DNA of 52,601 nt, taken from the NCBI GenBank assembly GCA_026686805.1, contig GCA_026686805.1_3949.1. The stretch is one strand, 5' to 3'. Of this stretch, positions 15,719 through 24,234 are shown piece after piece. A program made the position numbers and the translations under genes. Every line of letters starts with the position of its first letter. Positions within the stretch are counted from its first letter, which is position 1. The notes under the pieces were generated by a model, which saw only the letters and a list, made by a program, of their open reading frames with translations, did no database searches and was not told the origin of the DNA. This DNA comes from a phage.

Positions 15719-15811
15719 TCAGAGGTCAAGTGAAAGACCGCTGGTGTCAACTGAAGACCGTAACAAATTCCACGGAGTTGAGTTAGCGGCACAACTTCAG
15801 ACCTCTTTCAC
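15719..15811 (+). other. structured spacer element (inverted repeat agaggtc ... gacctct, internal gaagaccgtaacaaattc block)
   Basis: seen directly; related to the CAGAAGACC-containing spacer elements; function unknown. Confidence 0.3.
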
Positions 15812-15886
15812 ACTCGCTTAGTTTATATGGTAAAACATCACCCTTACAAGATGAAGAAAAAGGTTCAAGTCCTTTAGTGAGTACCA
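15812..15886 (+). tRNA. tRNA-Val (anticodon TAC)
   Basis: acceptor actcgct/agtgagt, anticodon stem tcacc/gatga (one mismatch), loop ctTACaa, T-arm aaagg-ttcaagt-ccttt, CCA. Confidence 0.65.
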
Positions 15887-15887
15887 T

Positions 15888-15965
15888 GTTCCAGTATCCC
15901 AATTGGCAGAGGATGCAAGCTCAAACCTTGTATTAGTGACGGTTCGAATCCGTCTTGGAACACCA
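15888..15965 (+). tRNA. tRNA with CAA anticodon (Leu by anticodon), short variable loop
   Basis: acceptor gttccag/ttggaac, anticodon stem gcaag/cttgt, loop ctCAAac, T-arm gacgg-ttcgaat-ccgtc, CCA. Confidence 0.55.
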
Positions 15966-15981
15966 ATTTTAGGAGAACACT

Positions 15982-16089
15982 ATGAGCAATAAGTCAATTG
16001 CAAAAAAGTTTAGAGCGTCATACCTAAACAGACGTAAAAACAAAGTTTGTGAAAAACTGTATGGTGTTCTCGTAGGTAAGCAGGATTAG
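15982..16089 (+). CDS. possible small ORF (35 aa, basic) overlapping the 5' end of tRNA-Arg
   Basis: AGGAG RBS 6 nt upstream of ATG; below the track's 60-aa cutoff; overlap with tRNA makes it doubtful. Confidence 0.2.
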   Translation: MSNKSIAKKFRASYLNRRKNKVCEKLYGVLVGKQD

Positions 16090-16155
16090 TTCAAATGGAT
16101 AGAGCAACAGTCTACGAAGCTGTTAATAGGGGTTCGAATCCCTTATCCTGCACCA
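16080..16155 (+). tRNA. tRNA-Arg (anticodon ACG)
   Basis: acceptor gcaggat/atcctgc, D-arm gttcaaatggatagagc, anticodon stem acagt/gctgt, loop ctACGaa, T-loop ttcgaat, CCA. Confidence 0.75.
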
Positions 16156-16174
16156 ATTTAAAGAGGCTATTTAG

Positions 16175-16732
16175 ATGAGATATTTGAAGTATGCTTCATG
16201 GATTTTCTTAGCTTTGTTAGAGCCATTTGCAGCAATCTTAGCAGTTATCTTAGCACCTTTTGTAGTTCCATTCTACAGTGAGAAGAAAGGACACTTACCT
16301 TTCGGGTTCAGATGGATGGAGACATATGACAACCCAATTGATGGTGATGAAGGTCACGTTAAAAGATGGGCTAATATCAGATGGATTGGTAAACTAGGTG
16401 TCTACATGCAAAGAGTCGGATGGCTCTGGAGAAACAAAGCTTATAACTTCTCTTACCATGTATTAGGAAGAGATGTAAAAGATGTTACTAAGTGGAAAGG
16501 TAATATCAACGTAAGTTCTGACCCTGAAGATAATCAGACAGGTTATCTACTAATGTGGAACAGTAATGCTTGGGGATTATTCGCTTTTATCCCATCAATT
16601 AAAATCTTTGGTAAACAATTTTACTGGAGAATTTATATTGGATGGAAACTAAAAAGTGTTGTCCCAGAAGAAAGAGCATTCTCAAGGGAAAGAGTTATGT
16701 TGGCATTCTTTATTCATCCACTGAGAAAGTAA
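16175..16732 (+). CDS. hypothetical protein with hydrophobic N-terminus (185 aa), embedded in tRNA array
   Basis: ORF from track; N-terminal hydrophobic segment WIFLALLEPFAAILAVILAPFVVPF. Confidence 0.5.
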   Translation: MRYLKYASWIFLALLEPFAAILAVILAPFVVPFYSEKKGHLPFGFRWMETYDNPIDGDEGHVKRWANIRWIGKLGVYMQRVGWLWRNKAYNFSYHVLGRDVKDVTKWKGNINVSSDPEDNQTGYLLMWNSNAWGLFAFIPSIKIFGKQFYWRIYIGWKLKSVVPEERAFSRERVMLAFFIHPLRK

Positions 16733-16740
16733 AGATTTAA

Positions 16741-16816
16741 AGGGGATTAGTTTACAAGGTTAAAACCTCGGTCTTTGAAATCGAAGAAGTTGGTTCAATT
16801 CCAACATCCCCCGCCA
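16741..16816 (+). tRNA. tRNA-Gln (anticodon TTG)
   Basis: acceptor aggggat/atccccc (1-72 mismatch), anticodon stem tcggt/atcga, loop ctTTGaa, T-arm gttgg-ttcaatt-ccaac, CCA. Confidence 0.65.
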
Positions 16817-16818
16817 AT

Positions 16819-16897
16819 GCTCCATTACTCCAATTGGCAGAGAGGCCAGACTTAAAATCTGTGTTATGTATCGGTTCGAATCCGATATGGAGTACCA
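16819..16897 (+). tRNA. tRNA with TAA anticodon (Leu by anticodon), short variable loop
   Basis: acceptor gctccat/atggagt, anticodon stem caga/tctg, loop ctTAAaa, T-arm atcgg-ttcgaat-ccgat, CCA. Confidence 0.5.
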
Positions 16898-16902
16898 AAT
16901 TT

Positions 16903-16978
16903 AGCGGCATAGCATAACTGGCAATGCAGCAGTCTCTGAAGCTGTCTTATTAAGGTTCAAATCCTTATGCCGCTGCCA
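16903..16978 (+). tRNA. tRNA-Gln (anticodon CTG)
   Basis: acceptor agcggca/tgccgct, D-stem gcat/atgc, anticodon loop ctCTGaa (stem with two G-U pairs), T-arm taagg-ttcaaat-cctta, CCA. Confidence 0.55.
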
Positions 16979-17009
16979 CTTCTAAGGATTCTTACGAGAG
17001 TCCTTAAAT

Positions 17010-17085
17010 GTGGCCTTATCATAAACGGTAATGACCCATGCTGTGAACATGGTCTATACGGGTTCAAATCCCGTAGGTCACCCCA
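17010..17085 (+). tRNA. tRNA-His (anticodon GTG)
   Basis: acceptor gtggcct/aggtcac, perfect anticodon stem ccatg/catgg, loop ctGTGaa, T-arm acggg-ttcaaat-cccgt, CCA. Confidence 0.7.
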
Positions 17086-17091
17086 ATTTAT

Positions 17092-17167
17092 AGTCCAAGT
17101 AGCTTATATGGTTAAAGCGCGTGTCTGAAAAACATGAGAAGAGTGTTCAAATCCCACTGGACTACCA
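17092..17167 (+). tRNA. tRNA-Phe (anticodon GAA)
   Basis: acceptor (t)agtcca/tggact(a), anticodon stem cgtgt/acatg, loop ctGAAaa, T-loop ttcaaat; 5' boundary +/-1. Confidence 0.6.
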
Positions 17168-17183
17168 ATTTCAAAGGTGCTTA

Positions 17184-17918
17184 ATGAAAGAGATGACAGA
17201 ACAAGGTAAGGAGATTTTCAATCTCTTAAAAACCGGTAAAGGGTTTTCTAACCCCCTTATTACTGGTGCAGCAGTTCTCGGTGGAACCGTAGCTGCCTCT
17301 ACATCACTTGTAAGCTCTATTAGCTCTGTATCAGACCCTACAGTAAAGGATAAGCTTGTTGCTGCTGGACTTACAACAGTTCTGCTTAACAGCTTTACCA
17401 CGAGTCTGACAAGCACTACATCAACTACCAAAACACTAACAGATTACGGTCAAAAATCCATTGATGAGTTTTCATCACGTATGCAGGTAGCAAAAGGTTA
17501 TTCTAATGTTATGGGTGCAGCAGGTGAACAAGTTGGCTGTACACCATTTAGTGGTATTATGGGTGTTGCTACAGAGTATGGTCAAAAAGCTATTGATACG
17601 ATTAACAGTGCACTAGATAGTGTTAATGGTGTGTTAAGTGACTTACAAGATGCTATTGACAAAGGTCTTGATACTATTTCTGATTTAGCTGAGCAAGCTG
17701 TTAGTAAGATTAATGAAGGTATTTCAAAAATTACAGCTTATGCAGATGAAGTTGTGCAGATGATTGAAGAAGAAGCTGCTCTTATTGCAGAGTACCTTAA
17801 AACGAATATCAATGGGTTCTTAGCAGGTATCTTACCAGACTGGTTTGATGATGCTTGTAAAACTGGTGTAATTGACACTATTGCAACACCAGAAATGAAG
17901 AACGCATTACAGAAATAA
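17184..17918 (+). CDS. hypothetical Ser/Thr-rich protein (244 aa), embedded in tRNA array
   Basis: track ORF 17121..17918 overlaps tRNA-Phe; ATG at 17184 has RBS aaaggtg and clears the tRNA. Confidence 0.5.
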   Translation: MKEMTEQGKEIFNLLKTGKGFSNPLITGAAVLGGTVAASTSLVSSISSVSDPTVKDKLVAAGLTTVLLNSFTTSLTSTTSTTKTLTDYGQKSIDEFSSRMQVAKGYSNVMGAAGEQVGCTPFSGIMGVATEYGQKAIDTINSALDSVNGVLSDLQDAIDKGLDTISDLAEQAVSKINEGISKITAYADEVVQMIEEEAALIAEYLKTNINGFLAGILPDWFDDACKTGVIDTIATPEMKNALQK

Positions 17919-17920
17919 AT

Positions 17921-18013
17921 GGAAGATTAACCCTAAAAGGTAAGGGAGCAGTTTGCTAAACTGCCAGTAGCTGAGAAATCGGTGTACCAGTTCAAGTCTG
18001 GTATCTTCCTCCA
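17921..18013 (+). tRNA. tRNA-Ser (anticodon GCT), long variable arm
   Basis: acceptor ggaagat/atcttcc, perfect anticodon stem gcagt/actgc, loop ttGCTaa, ~21-nt variable arm, T-arm accag-ttcaagt-ctggt, CCA. Confidence 0.75.
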
Positions 18014-18017
18014 ATTT

Positions 18018-18093
18018 GAATCCGTGACAGAAATGGCTATGTGCCTGTCTGCAAAACAGGTTTATAAGGGTTCGAGTCCCTTCGGATTCTCCA
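18018..18093 (+). tRNA. tRNA-Cys (anticodon GCA)
   Basis: acceptor gaatccg/cggattc, perfect anticodon stem cctgt/acagg, loop ctGCAaa, T-arm aaggg-ttcgagt-ccctt, CCA. Confidence 0.75.
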
Positions 18094-18255
18094 ATTTATT
18101 TTACTCTCTCTCAATTAAAATAATAATAATGCCCTGCTATAAGTATTCTTCCTTTCGCTACCGAAGAGTATTTTTAGACAGGGCTTTTTTACAGAGTTAT
18201 ACTTTATAAGAAGCCTTATACAGTATGTCTCTGACGTACATTGTGGTTTCTCCTT

Positions 18256-18279
18256 GACGGTCTCTGTACCGTCTTTTTT
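18256..18279 (+). terminator. intrinsic terminator after tRNA array
   Basis: hairpin gacggt-ctctgt-accgtc followed by T6; a second, looser hairpin (gccctg ... cagggc + T6, 18131-18190) lies upstream. Confidence 0.5.
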
Positions 18280-18315
18280 AAGGGGAAACATGATTAACTA
18301 TTTGGAGAAAACATA

Positions 18316-18516
18316 ATGAGCGAGACCGTTTATAAAGAACTTTATGAAGCTAATAAGAAGCTAGAATTTATGCAGAATACTATCATGGCAATTGCAGACA
18401 GATTGTCTGTAGCAACAGGTATTGATATTAAAGAAGCATCTATGGATGCACTTCTTGATGCTGTTGATGCAAAGTTCGAAGTTAAGAAAGAAGAGACTGC
18501 TACAGACTCTGAATAA
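18316..18516 (+). CDS. hypothetical protein (66 aa) immediately upstream of large terminase
   Basis: ORF with GGAG RBS; position is compatible with a small terminase subunit but there is no sequence evidence. Confidence 0.4.
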   Translation: MSETVYKELYEANKKLEFMQNTIMAIADRLSVATGIDIKEASMDALLDAVDAKFEVKKEETATDSE

Positions 18517-18537
18517 TTCTATTTGCGGAGGTGCTTA

Positions 18538-20139
18538 ATGGACTTAAATGCTGTTAAGCAGAAGCGAGTGGAAGATGTTAGGAAAGTCCTAGCTGGAGAG
18601 TTGGGGCTTTCTGATGAAGTAAAAGAAATTATCAAATCATTCGGTAAAGACCCCTCTAAATTCCTTCCAACTCAAATTCTGACTTTATTAAGATACACAC
18701 CAGACCAAGTTAGACTTATCTTCAAATTGATGACTGATAAGAATTATGTAGCCCCTCAGCCGGGTTCTCAAGAGGTCTTTTTAAATACTAATGCTGACTT
18801 GGTTCTCTATGGTGGTGCTGCTGGTGCTGGTAAAACTGCTGCATTGTTAATGGATTCTTTAAGGTTTATTGAAGACCCTAACTATAATGCTGTATATTTC
18901 CGTCGAAATACAACACAGCTACAAGGTGGTTTATGGCCTGCTGCAAAGAAACTATTTGGTAAGTTTGGTGGGGTTCCTCACGAGCAGAAGATGACTATCA
19001 CATTCCCTTCTGGGGCAACTATCAAGTTTACCTATCTAGAACTTGAAAAGCACGCTGAAGGTCATCAGGGTATTGAATACTCAGCTATTTACTTTGACGA
19101 AGGTACACACTTCTCTGCTTCACAGATTTCATACCTACAAACACGTCTGCGTTCTGGTGCTGAAGGTGATTCATACATGAAGATTTCCATGAACCCAGAC
19201 AGAGACCACTTTATTTATGATTGGGTAGAACCATTCTTAGATGAAGAAGGTTATCCAGACCCTGAAAAGTGTGGTCGTATTCGTTGGTATGTAATGAATG
19301 ACGGTGTGATGGTTTCTGATTGGGAGAGAGACAAGATTCTTGAAATGTTCCCTCTTGAGATTCCTCAAACATACACCTTTATCTCTGGTACGATTGATGA
19401 TAACCCAATCCTTGACTTCTTAGAGCCTAAGTACCGTGGTAAGTTGGAAAACAACACCCCTGTAAACGTTGCAAGACTTCGTTTCGGTAACTGGAAGGCT
19501 CGTGCAGAAGGTTCAAACTATTGGCAAAGACAATGGTGTGAAATTGTTGATTCACTCCCAGAAGATGTATTCGATGTTAGAGCATGGGACTTAGCAGCAA
19601 CTTTACCATCTGAGATTAACCCTAATCCAGACTGGACAGCAGGTGTTAAGATGGGTAAATCTAAAAAAGACGGTTGCTATTATATCATTGATGTAGTAAG
19701 ATTTAGAGATAGACCCTCTGGAGTCGAAACACAAATTAATTTGACTGCTGAAAGTGACGGTAAGCGAACTGGTATTTTTATCCCTCAAGACCCAGGCGCT
19801 GCTGGTAAATCCTACGCGACATCCCTCATCAGGAAACTTGCCGAGAAAGGCTATCGTGCAAGAGCTAAACCAACAAATAAAGATAAAGTTACCCGCTTTG
19901 CGGGATTTTCTGCTGCTTCTGAAGCTGGACTTGTAAAAGTCTTAAGAGGTAGTTGGAATGAAGCTTACTTTCAAGAGCTTGAAGGCTTTTGTGGTGATGG
20001 CAAAACTAAAGATGACCAAGTGGATGCTACCAGTGATGCTTTCAACAGTCTTAACGAAGTTAAATTATTCAAGCCACCATCAATGGGTGCTCACACAGAC
20101 TTAGTGAGAGGAAACCCATATGAGGGGCTTAGACGTTGA
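18538..20139 (+). CDS. terL: terminase large subunit
   Basis: Walker A P-loop LYGGAAGAGKTAALL near N-terminus; ~530 aa; directly upstream of portal-sized gene; start moved to ATG 18538 (GGAGG RBS) from track ATG 18523. Confidence 0.8.
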   Translation: MDLNAVKQKRVEDVRKVLAGELGLSDEVKEIIKSFGKDPSKFLPTQILTLLRYTPDQVRLIFKLMTDKNYVAPQPGSQEVFLNTNADLVLYGGAAGAGKTAALLMDSLRFIEDPNYNAVYFRRNTTQLQGGLWPAAKKLFGKFGGVPHEQKMTITFPSGATIKFTYLELEKHAEGHQGIEYSAIYFDEGTHFSASQISYLQTRLRSGAEGDSYMKISMNPDRDHFIYDWVEPFLDEEGYPDPEKCGRIRWYVMNDGVMVSDWERDKILEMFPLEIPQTYTFISGTIDDNPILDFLEPKYRGKLENNTPVNVARLRFGNWKARAEGSNYWQRQWCEIVDSLPEDVFDVRAWDLAATLPSEINPNPDWTAGVKMGKSKKDGCYYIIDVVRFRDRPSGVETQINLTAESDGKRTGIFIPQDPGAAGKSYATSLIRKLAEKGYRARAKPTNKDKVTRFAGFSAASEAGLVKVLRGSWNEAYFQELEGFCGDGKTKDDQVDATSDAFNSLNEVKLFKPPSMGAHTDLVRGNPYEGLRR

Positions 20140-20155
20140 TAGCTAGGTGAGAAGA

Positions 20156-21622
20156 ATGGCAGATATTACAGAAACACAAGAAAGCTTACCACCATTTAGA
20201 ATGGGTGAAGTAGGTTCTTTGGGTCTGAAGGTTAAGAATGGAAGAATCTATGAAGAACCTCGTCAGGCACTAAGGTTCCCTGAAAGTATTAAAACTTTCC
20301 AATTAATGATGCGTGACCCTGCTGTAGCAGCATCTGTAAATATTATTAAGATGTTTGTCAGAAAAGTCAACTGGAGATTCGTACCTCCAAAGGGAAAAGA
20401 GCAAGACCCTAAAATGCTTGAAAGAGCAGACTTCTTTAATTCTTTAATGGATGACATGGAGCATGATTGGGCAGATTTTATTAATTCTGTAATGTCATTC
20501 TGCACTTATGGGTTCTGTGTTAACGAGAAAGTTTATAAGAAGCGTCAGGGTAAAAAAGGAAAGTACCAGTCAAAATTTGATGATGGTCTAATTGGATGGG
20601 CTAAATTACCAATCAGAAACCAATCAACACTTGATAAGTGGTATTTTGACGAAGACTTTAGAAAAGTTACTGGTGTTAGACAGAATCTGAGAAATGTTTC
20701 ACATATTGCTGGAGCAATTAATCTCGGAGAAAGACCACTAACAAGAAAACTTCCACGAGCTAAATTCATGCTGTTCAAGTATGACGATGAATATGGAAAT
20801 CCAGAAGGTCGTTCACCATTACTTAATGCTTATGTACCGTGGAAGTATAAAGTTCAGATTGAAGAGTATGAAGCTGTTGGTGTTTCAAGAGACTTGGTAG
20901 GTATGCCAAAGATTGGTTTGCCACCAGATTATCTTGATGAAAATGCAGAACCTGAAAAGAAAGCTTTCGTACAATACTGCAAGACTGTTGTTAATGATAT
21001 GATTGCTAACGACAGAGCAGGTTTAATCTGGCCTAGATATATTGACCCAGACACTAAAGAGGATATTTTTGAGTTCTCATTAGTTTCTAGACAGGGTGCT
21101 AAAGCATACGATACAGGTTCTATTATTGACAGATATTCCAAGCAGATTATGATGGCATTTATGTCAGATGTTCTTGCTATGGGTCAGTCAAAATACGGTT
21201 CATTCTCTCTTGCAGATTCTAAGACAAGCTTACTAGCAATGTCAGTAGATATTCTGCTTAAGCAGATTAAGAACGTAATTAACCGTGATTTAGTTGCACA
21301 GACTTATGCTCTTAATATGTGGGATGATGAAGAACACGTACAAATTACATATGATGATATCGAAACTCCAGACCTTGAAGCAATTGGTTCTTATATTCAG
21401 AAAACTGTTGCAGTAGGTGCTTTGGAAGTTGACAAAGAACTATCTAACAAACTTAGAGAGCATATTGGTCTTCCTCCTGCTGATGAATCTCAGCCAGTAT
21501 CTGAAAAGCTTTCTCCAAATAGTCAAAGCCGCTCAGGAGATGGTTATAAGACCGCTGGAGAAGGTACTGCAAAGACACCTTCAGCAAAAGACCCAAGCAC
21601 AGCAAATAAGGCAAATAAATAA
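20156..21622 (+). CDS. portal protein (putative)
   Basis: ~490-aa ORF immediately after large terminase (synteny); track ORF begins with GTG at 20147, ATG at 20156 has AGGTGAGAAG RBS. Confidence 0.6.
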   Translation: MADITETQESLPPFRMGEVGSLGLKVKNGRIYEEPRQALRFPESIKTFQLMMRDPAVAASVNIIKMFVRKVNWRFVPPKGKEQDPKMLERADFFNSLMDDMEHDWADFINSVMSFCTYGFCVNEKVYKKRQGKKGKYQSKFDDGLIGWAKLPIRNQSTLDKWYFDEDFRKVTGVRQNLRNVSHIAGAINLGERPLTRKLPRAKFMLFKYDDEYGNPEGRSPLLNAYVPWKYKVQIEEYEAVGVSRDLVGMPKIGLPPDYLDENAEPEKKAFVQYCKTVVNDMIANDRAGLIWPRYIDPDTKEDIFEFSLVSRQGAKAYDTGSIIDRYSKQIMMAFMSDVLAMGQSKYGSFSLADSKTSLLAMSVDILLKQIKNVINRDLVAQTYALNMWDDEEHVQITYDDIETPDLEAIGSYIQKTVAVGALEVDKELSNKLREHIGLPPADESQPVSEKLSPNSQSRSGDGYKTAGEGTAKTPSAKDPSTANKANK

Positions 21623-22122
21623 TGGCTGAAGTTATCTCTATTTCAAATGCTACACGAGTGCATTCGTATAGAGGTGTTCTTATTATCACTGACAAATTAT
21701 CTGTAGAGGCTGGCTCAAGGGTCAGCCTTTCAGGTTATGTAAGTGATGGTGAAACCTCTGACGTTTTCACTATTTGCAGGTTACTTGATGCTCCAATGAG
21801 TGGAAAACCGTTTATTTCAGGAAATTGTAGTGAAATTGTTAAAATTCCATTTGACAGTTCATGCCTTTTGGGTGTAAAGTTATATAACTGCGAGAATAAA
21901 CGTATCAATGTTAATAGCATTGAAGCCGCTTTCATTACCCTCGACACTGCATTTCAATCTCCAATGACAGTTAATAAAGAAACAAACAGACTTGAATACA
22001 TTTTTTCACAAAATGATTACAAAGTACTTGTCAAAGGCAAAGTATATGATATGATTGTAAATGTGGTAGATGAATCTGGTAACCATTCAACAGTCCTTAA
22101 ACAAAAAGTAAGGTTTAATTAA
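21622..22122 (+). CDS. hypothetical protein (166 aa), head module
   Basis: ORF from track, overlapping stop/start with portal. Confidence 0.5.
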   Translation: MAEVISISNATRVHSYRGVLIITDKLSVEAGSRVSLSGYVSDGETSDVFTICRLLDAPMSGKPFISGNCSEIVKIPFDSSCLLGVKLYNCENKRINVNSIEAAFITLDTAFQSPMTVNKETNRLEYIFSQNDYKVLVKGKVYDMIVNVVDESGNHSTVLKQKVRFN

Positions 22123-22454
22123 TGGGAACATTAACTATTGATGGTAAGAATAAAATCCTCGCCACGCTAACCCCAACGACTATTATTTTACACAATGTAG
22201 ACCCAACGGCAGACCCTACAGCAAATAAGGTTACTCAGCCAGTGGCTATTTATTTTTCTGAACCGGATAACGGCTTAATTGCCTCAGAAGACACAGTTAA
22301 TATTACTGTTCCAGCTTCTGCAACGGTCTCACACTATAGCTTGTGGGATGCTAACGATAAATGCGTGGCAACTGGTGCTCTTAGCAAACCTCAATTCTTT
22401 GCTGAAGAAGGTATCTATGTTATCTCTTCAGTCTCTGTAGATTTAAACAAATAG
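22122..22454 (+). CDS. hypothetical protein (110 aa), head module
   Basis: ORF from track. Confidence 0.5.
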   Translation: MGTLTIDGKNKILATLTPTTIILHNVDPTADPTANKVTQPVAIYFSEPDNGLIASEDTVNITVPASATVSHYSLWDANDKCVATGALSKPQFFAEEGIYVISSVSVDLNK

Positions 22455-22465
22455 GGTGAGTAAAA

Positions 22466-23812
22466 ATGAGTTCGAATATCTTCAGACTTGCTGATAGATT
22501 ATTCAACCAACCTTTACTAGCCACTGAATCATTAGCTCACTCAGCAGCAACTTATGTGAATAACAGATTGCTGGGTGATGTCCAAGCAGCAGTAAACTTT
22601 GATAAACCCAAAGGTGACGCAAGAAGTCTTTTAAAAGTAAAAGATGACATTGCTATTATCCCTATTATGGGTGGTTTAACTCATCGTATGACGTTCATTG
22701 ATGCAATGTGTACAGGTGGATTAAGCTCTTATGAGGGTTTACGTAGAGGCTTTGACGAAGCTTTAGCAGATGAGTCAATCAAGACTATTGTTCTGCATAT
22801 TGATTCTGGTGGTGGTGAAGCTTCAGGTTGCTTTGAATTAGCACGTCACATTATGGCTTCAAGAGGCCAAAAGAAAATTATTGCTTATGTAGATGAGTTC
22901 GCTTGTTCCGCTGCATACGCTCTTGCATCTTCTGCTGAAGAAATTATTGCATCACCAGATGCAGATGTTGGTTCTATTGGTGTAATTATGGTTCATCAGG
23001 AATTAACTAAGGCATTTGAAAAGAATGGCGTAACAATTAACGTCATCAAAGCTGGTGAGTTTAAAGGTATGGGTTCACCATTCCAAGCACTCTCAGAAGA
23101 AAGCAAAGAAAGACTTCAAAAGAGAATTAATGATACCTACGCAACCTTTACAGGTTTTGTAGCTGAATCACGTAATCTCTCTGAAGAAGCTGTAAAGAAT
23201 ACTGAGGCGAATGTTTATTCTGCTCAGGAAGCTCTTGAACTTGGTTTAATTAACTCAATCATGTCTCAAGATGATTTCTTAAATTACTTACAAGGTTCTG
23301 AAGAGGCTCCTGTAAGTTTAAACGTTAACAATTCAGGTGAAGAAATGACTGAACAAGAAAAGCAAGAACTAGAGGCTTTGCGTCTTCAGGTTGCTCAAAT
23401 GAAAGCCAAAGAACAGGAAGCTGCTTTGTCAGATTTGACTAATAAGATTTCTGCTTCTGCTGAAGCTTTTGGATTTGATGCAAAAGAAGCTGCAACGACT
23501 ATTTTAGGTGCTGGTCTTGATAACCCTCTGAGTGTTCTGTTTATGAATGCTATGGAAGGTGCTAACCAGAAACTTAATGAAACTATCGCGTCCCATGCTT
23601 CTGCAATGGAAGAAAAAGAATCAGAAATTACCAAGCTGAAAGAAACTGCTGGTGCTGTTCTTGAGCATTCTAATGCTATGGAAGAAATGGGTAATAACGG
23701 TGAAGCTGATTTGGTTGAAGAAGAAAAAGAACCAGCTAAGAATGCTTCCGAAGACACCGCTGAACAACGCAAACTGGCTCTCCAGAATGCTCTAAAATCT
23801 CTTATCAAATAA
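22466..23812 (+). CDS. prohead protease, S49 (SppA/ClpP-like) family, with Ala/Glu-rich scaffold-like C-terminal half
   Basis: motifs IVLHIDSGGGEASG and ...AYVDEFACSAAYALASSA... resemble S49 peptidase core; C-terminal half low-complexity helical. Confidence 0.65.
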   Translation: MSSNIFRLADRLFNQPLLATESLAHSAATYVNNRLLGDVQAAVNFDKPKGDARSLLKVKDDIAIIPIMGGLTHRMTFIDAMCTGGLSSYEGLRRGFDEALADESIKTIVLHIDSGGGEASGCFELARHIMASRGQKKIIAYVDEFACSAAYALASSAEEIIASPDADVGSIGVIMVHQELTKAFEKNGVTINVIKAGEFKGMGSPFQALSEESKERLQKRINDTYATFTGFVAESRNLSEEAVKNTEANVYSAQEALELGLINSIMSQDDFLNYLQGSEEAPVSLNVNNSGEEMTEQEKQELEALRLQVAQMKAKEQEAALSDLTNKISASAEAFGFDAKEAATTILGAGLDNPLSVLFMNAMEGANQKLNETIASHASAMEEKESEITKLKETAGAVLEHSNAMEEMGNNGEADLVEEEKEPAKNASEDTAEQRKLALQNALKSLIK

Positions 23813-23823
23813 GGAACACAATA

Positions 23824-24201
23824 ATGGCATATCAAGGTTTTACTAAGTTAGGTAACAGAGAACCTCTGAATGATATCATTCTTTGGGAACAGGTTACACC
23901 AACAGGCCACTCTCGTAAAGAGTATACCCCACAGGCATCTACAGAGTATCGTGTAGGTGAAGTTCTGAAAGCAGACGGTACTAAGGTACAAGCGGGAGAA
24001 GAATCTCAAGCAGACTCTGTATGTATCGTTAATTTCTACGCAGACCTGCAACTGTCTTACCACGGTCAGTTGAAAGTTGTTGGTATTTACCGCGACGCAG
24101 AGCTAAAAGACATGCTTACTCTTGAATCAAGCGTTGACGCTGATGCAGTCAAGACAGCTCTGGCTGCTAAAGGTATTGATTTCGTACCAACTGGCCTGTA
24201 A
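23824..24201 (+). CDS. hypothetical head protein (125 aa; possible decoration protein)
   Basis: ORF between protease and capsid genes; position only. Confidence 0.4.
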   Translation: MAYQGFTKLGNREPLNDIILWEQVTPTGHSRKEYTPQASTEYRVGEVLKADGTKVQAGEESQADSVCIVNFYADLQLSYHGQLKVVGIYRDAELKDMLTLESSVDADAVKTALAAKGIDFVPTGL

Positions 24202-24234
24202 TAACAATAATAAGACATTCTGGAGAATTTTACA

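Noticed and set aside
17121-17183. Track start of ORF 17121..17918
   Set aside because: The first 63 nt overlap tRNA-Phe; the in-frame ATG at 17184 has an RBS and removes the overlap.
18131-18190. Large hairpin gccctg ... cagggc + T6 immediately after tRNA-Cys
   Set aside because: Only the 6-bp outer stem pairs and it encloses a 42-nt loop whose interior is a mirror repeat, not an inverted repeat; kept only as a note beside the cleaner terminator at 18256-18279.
15026-18209. Plus-strand track ORFs 15026..15223, 15639..15821 and 17982..18209
   Set aside because: Each runs through tRNA genes (Ser, Thr, Ser/Cys) or structured spacers; no independent support.
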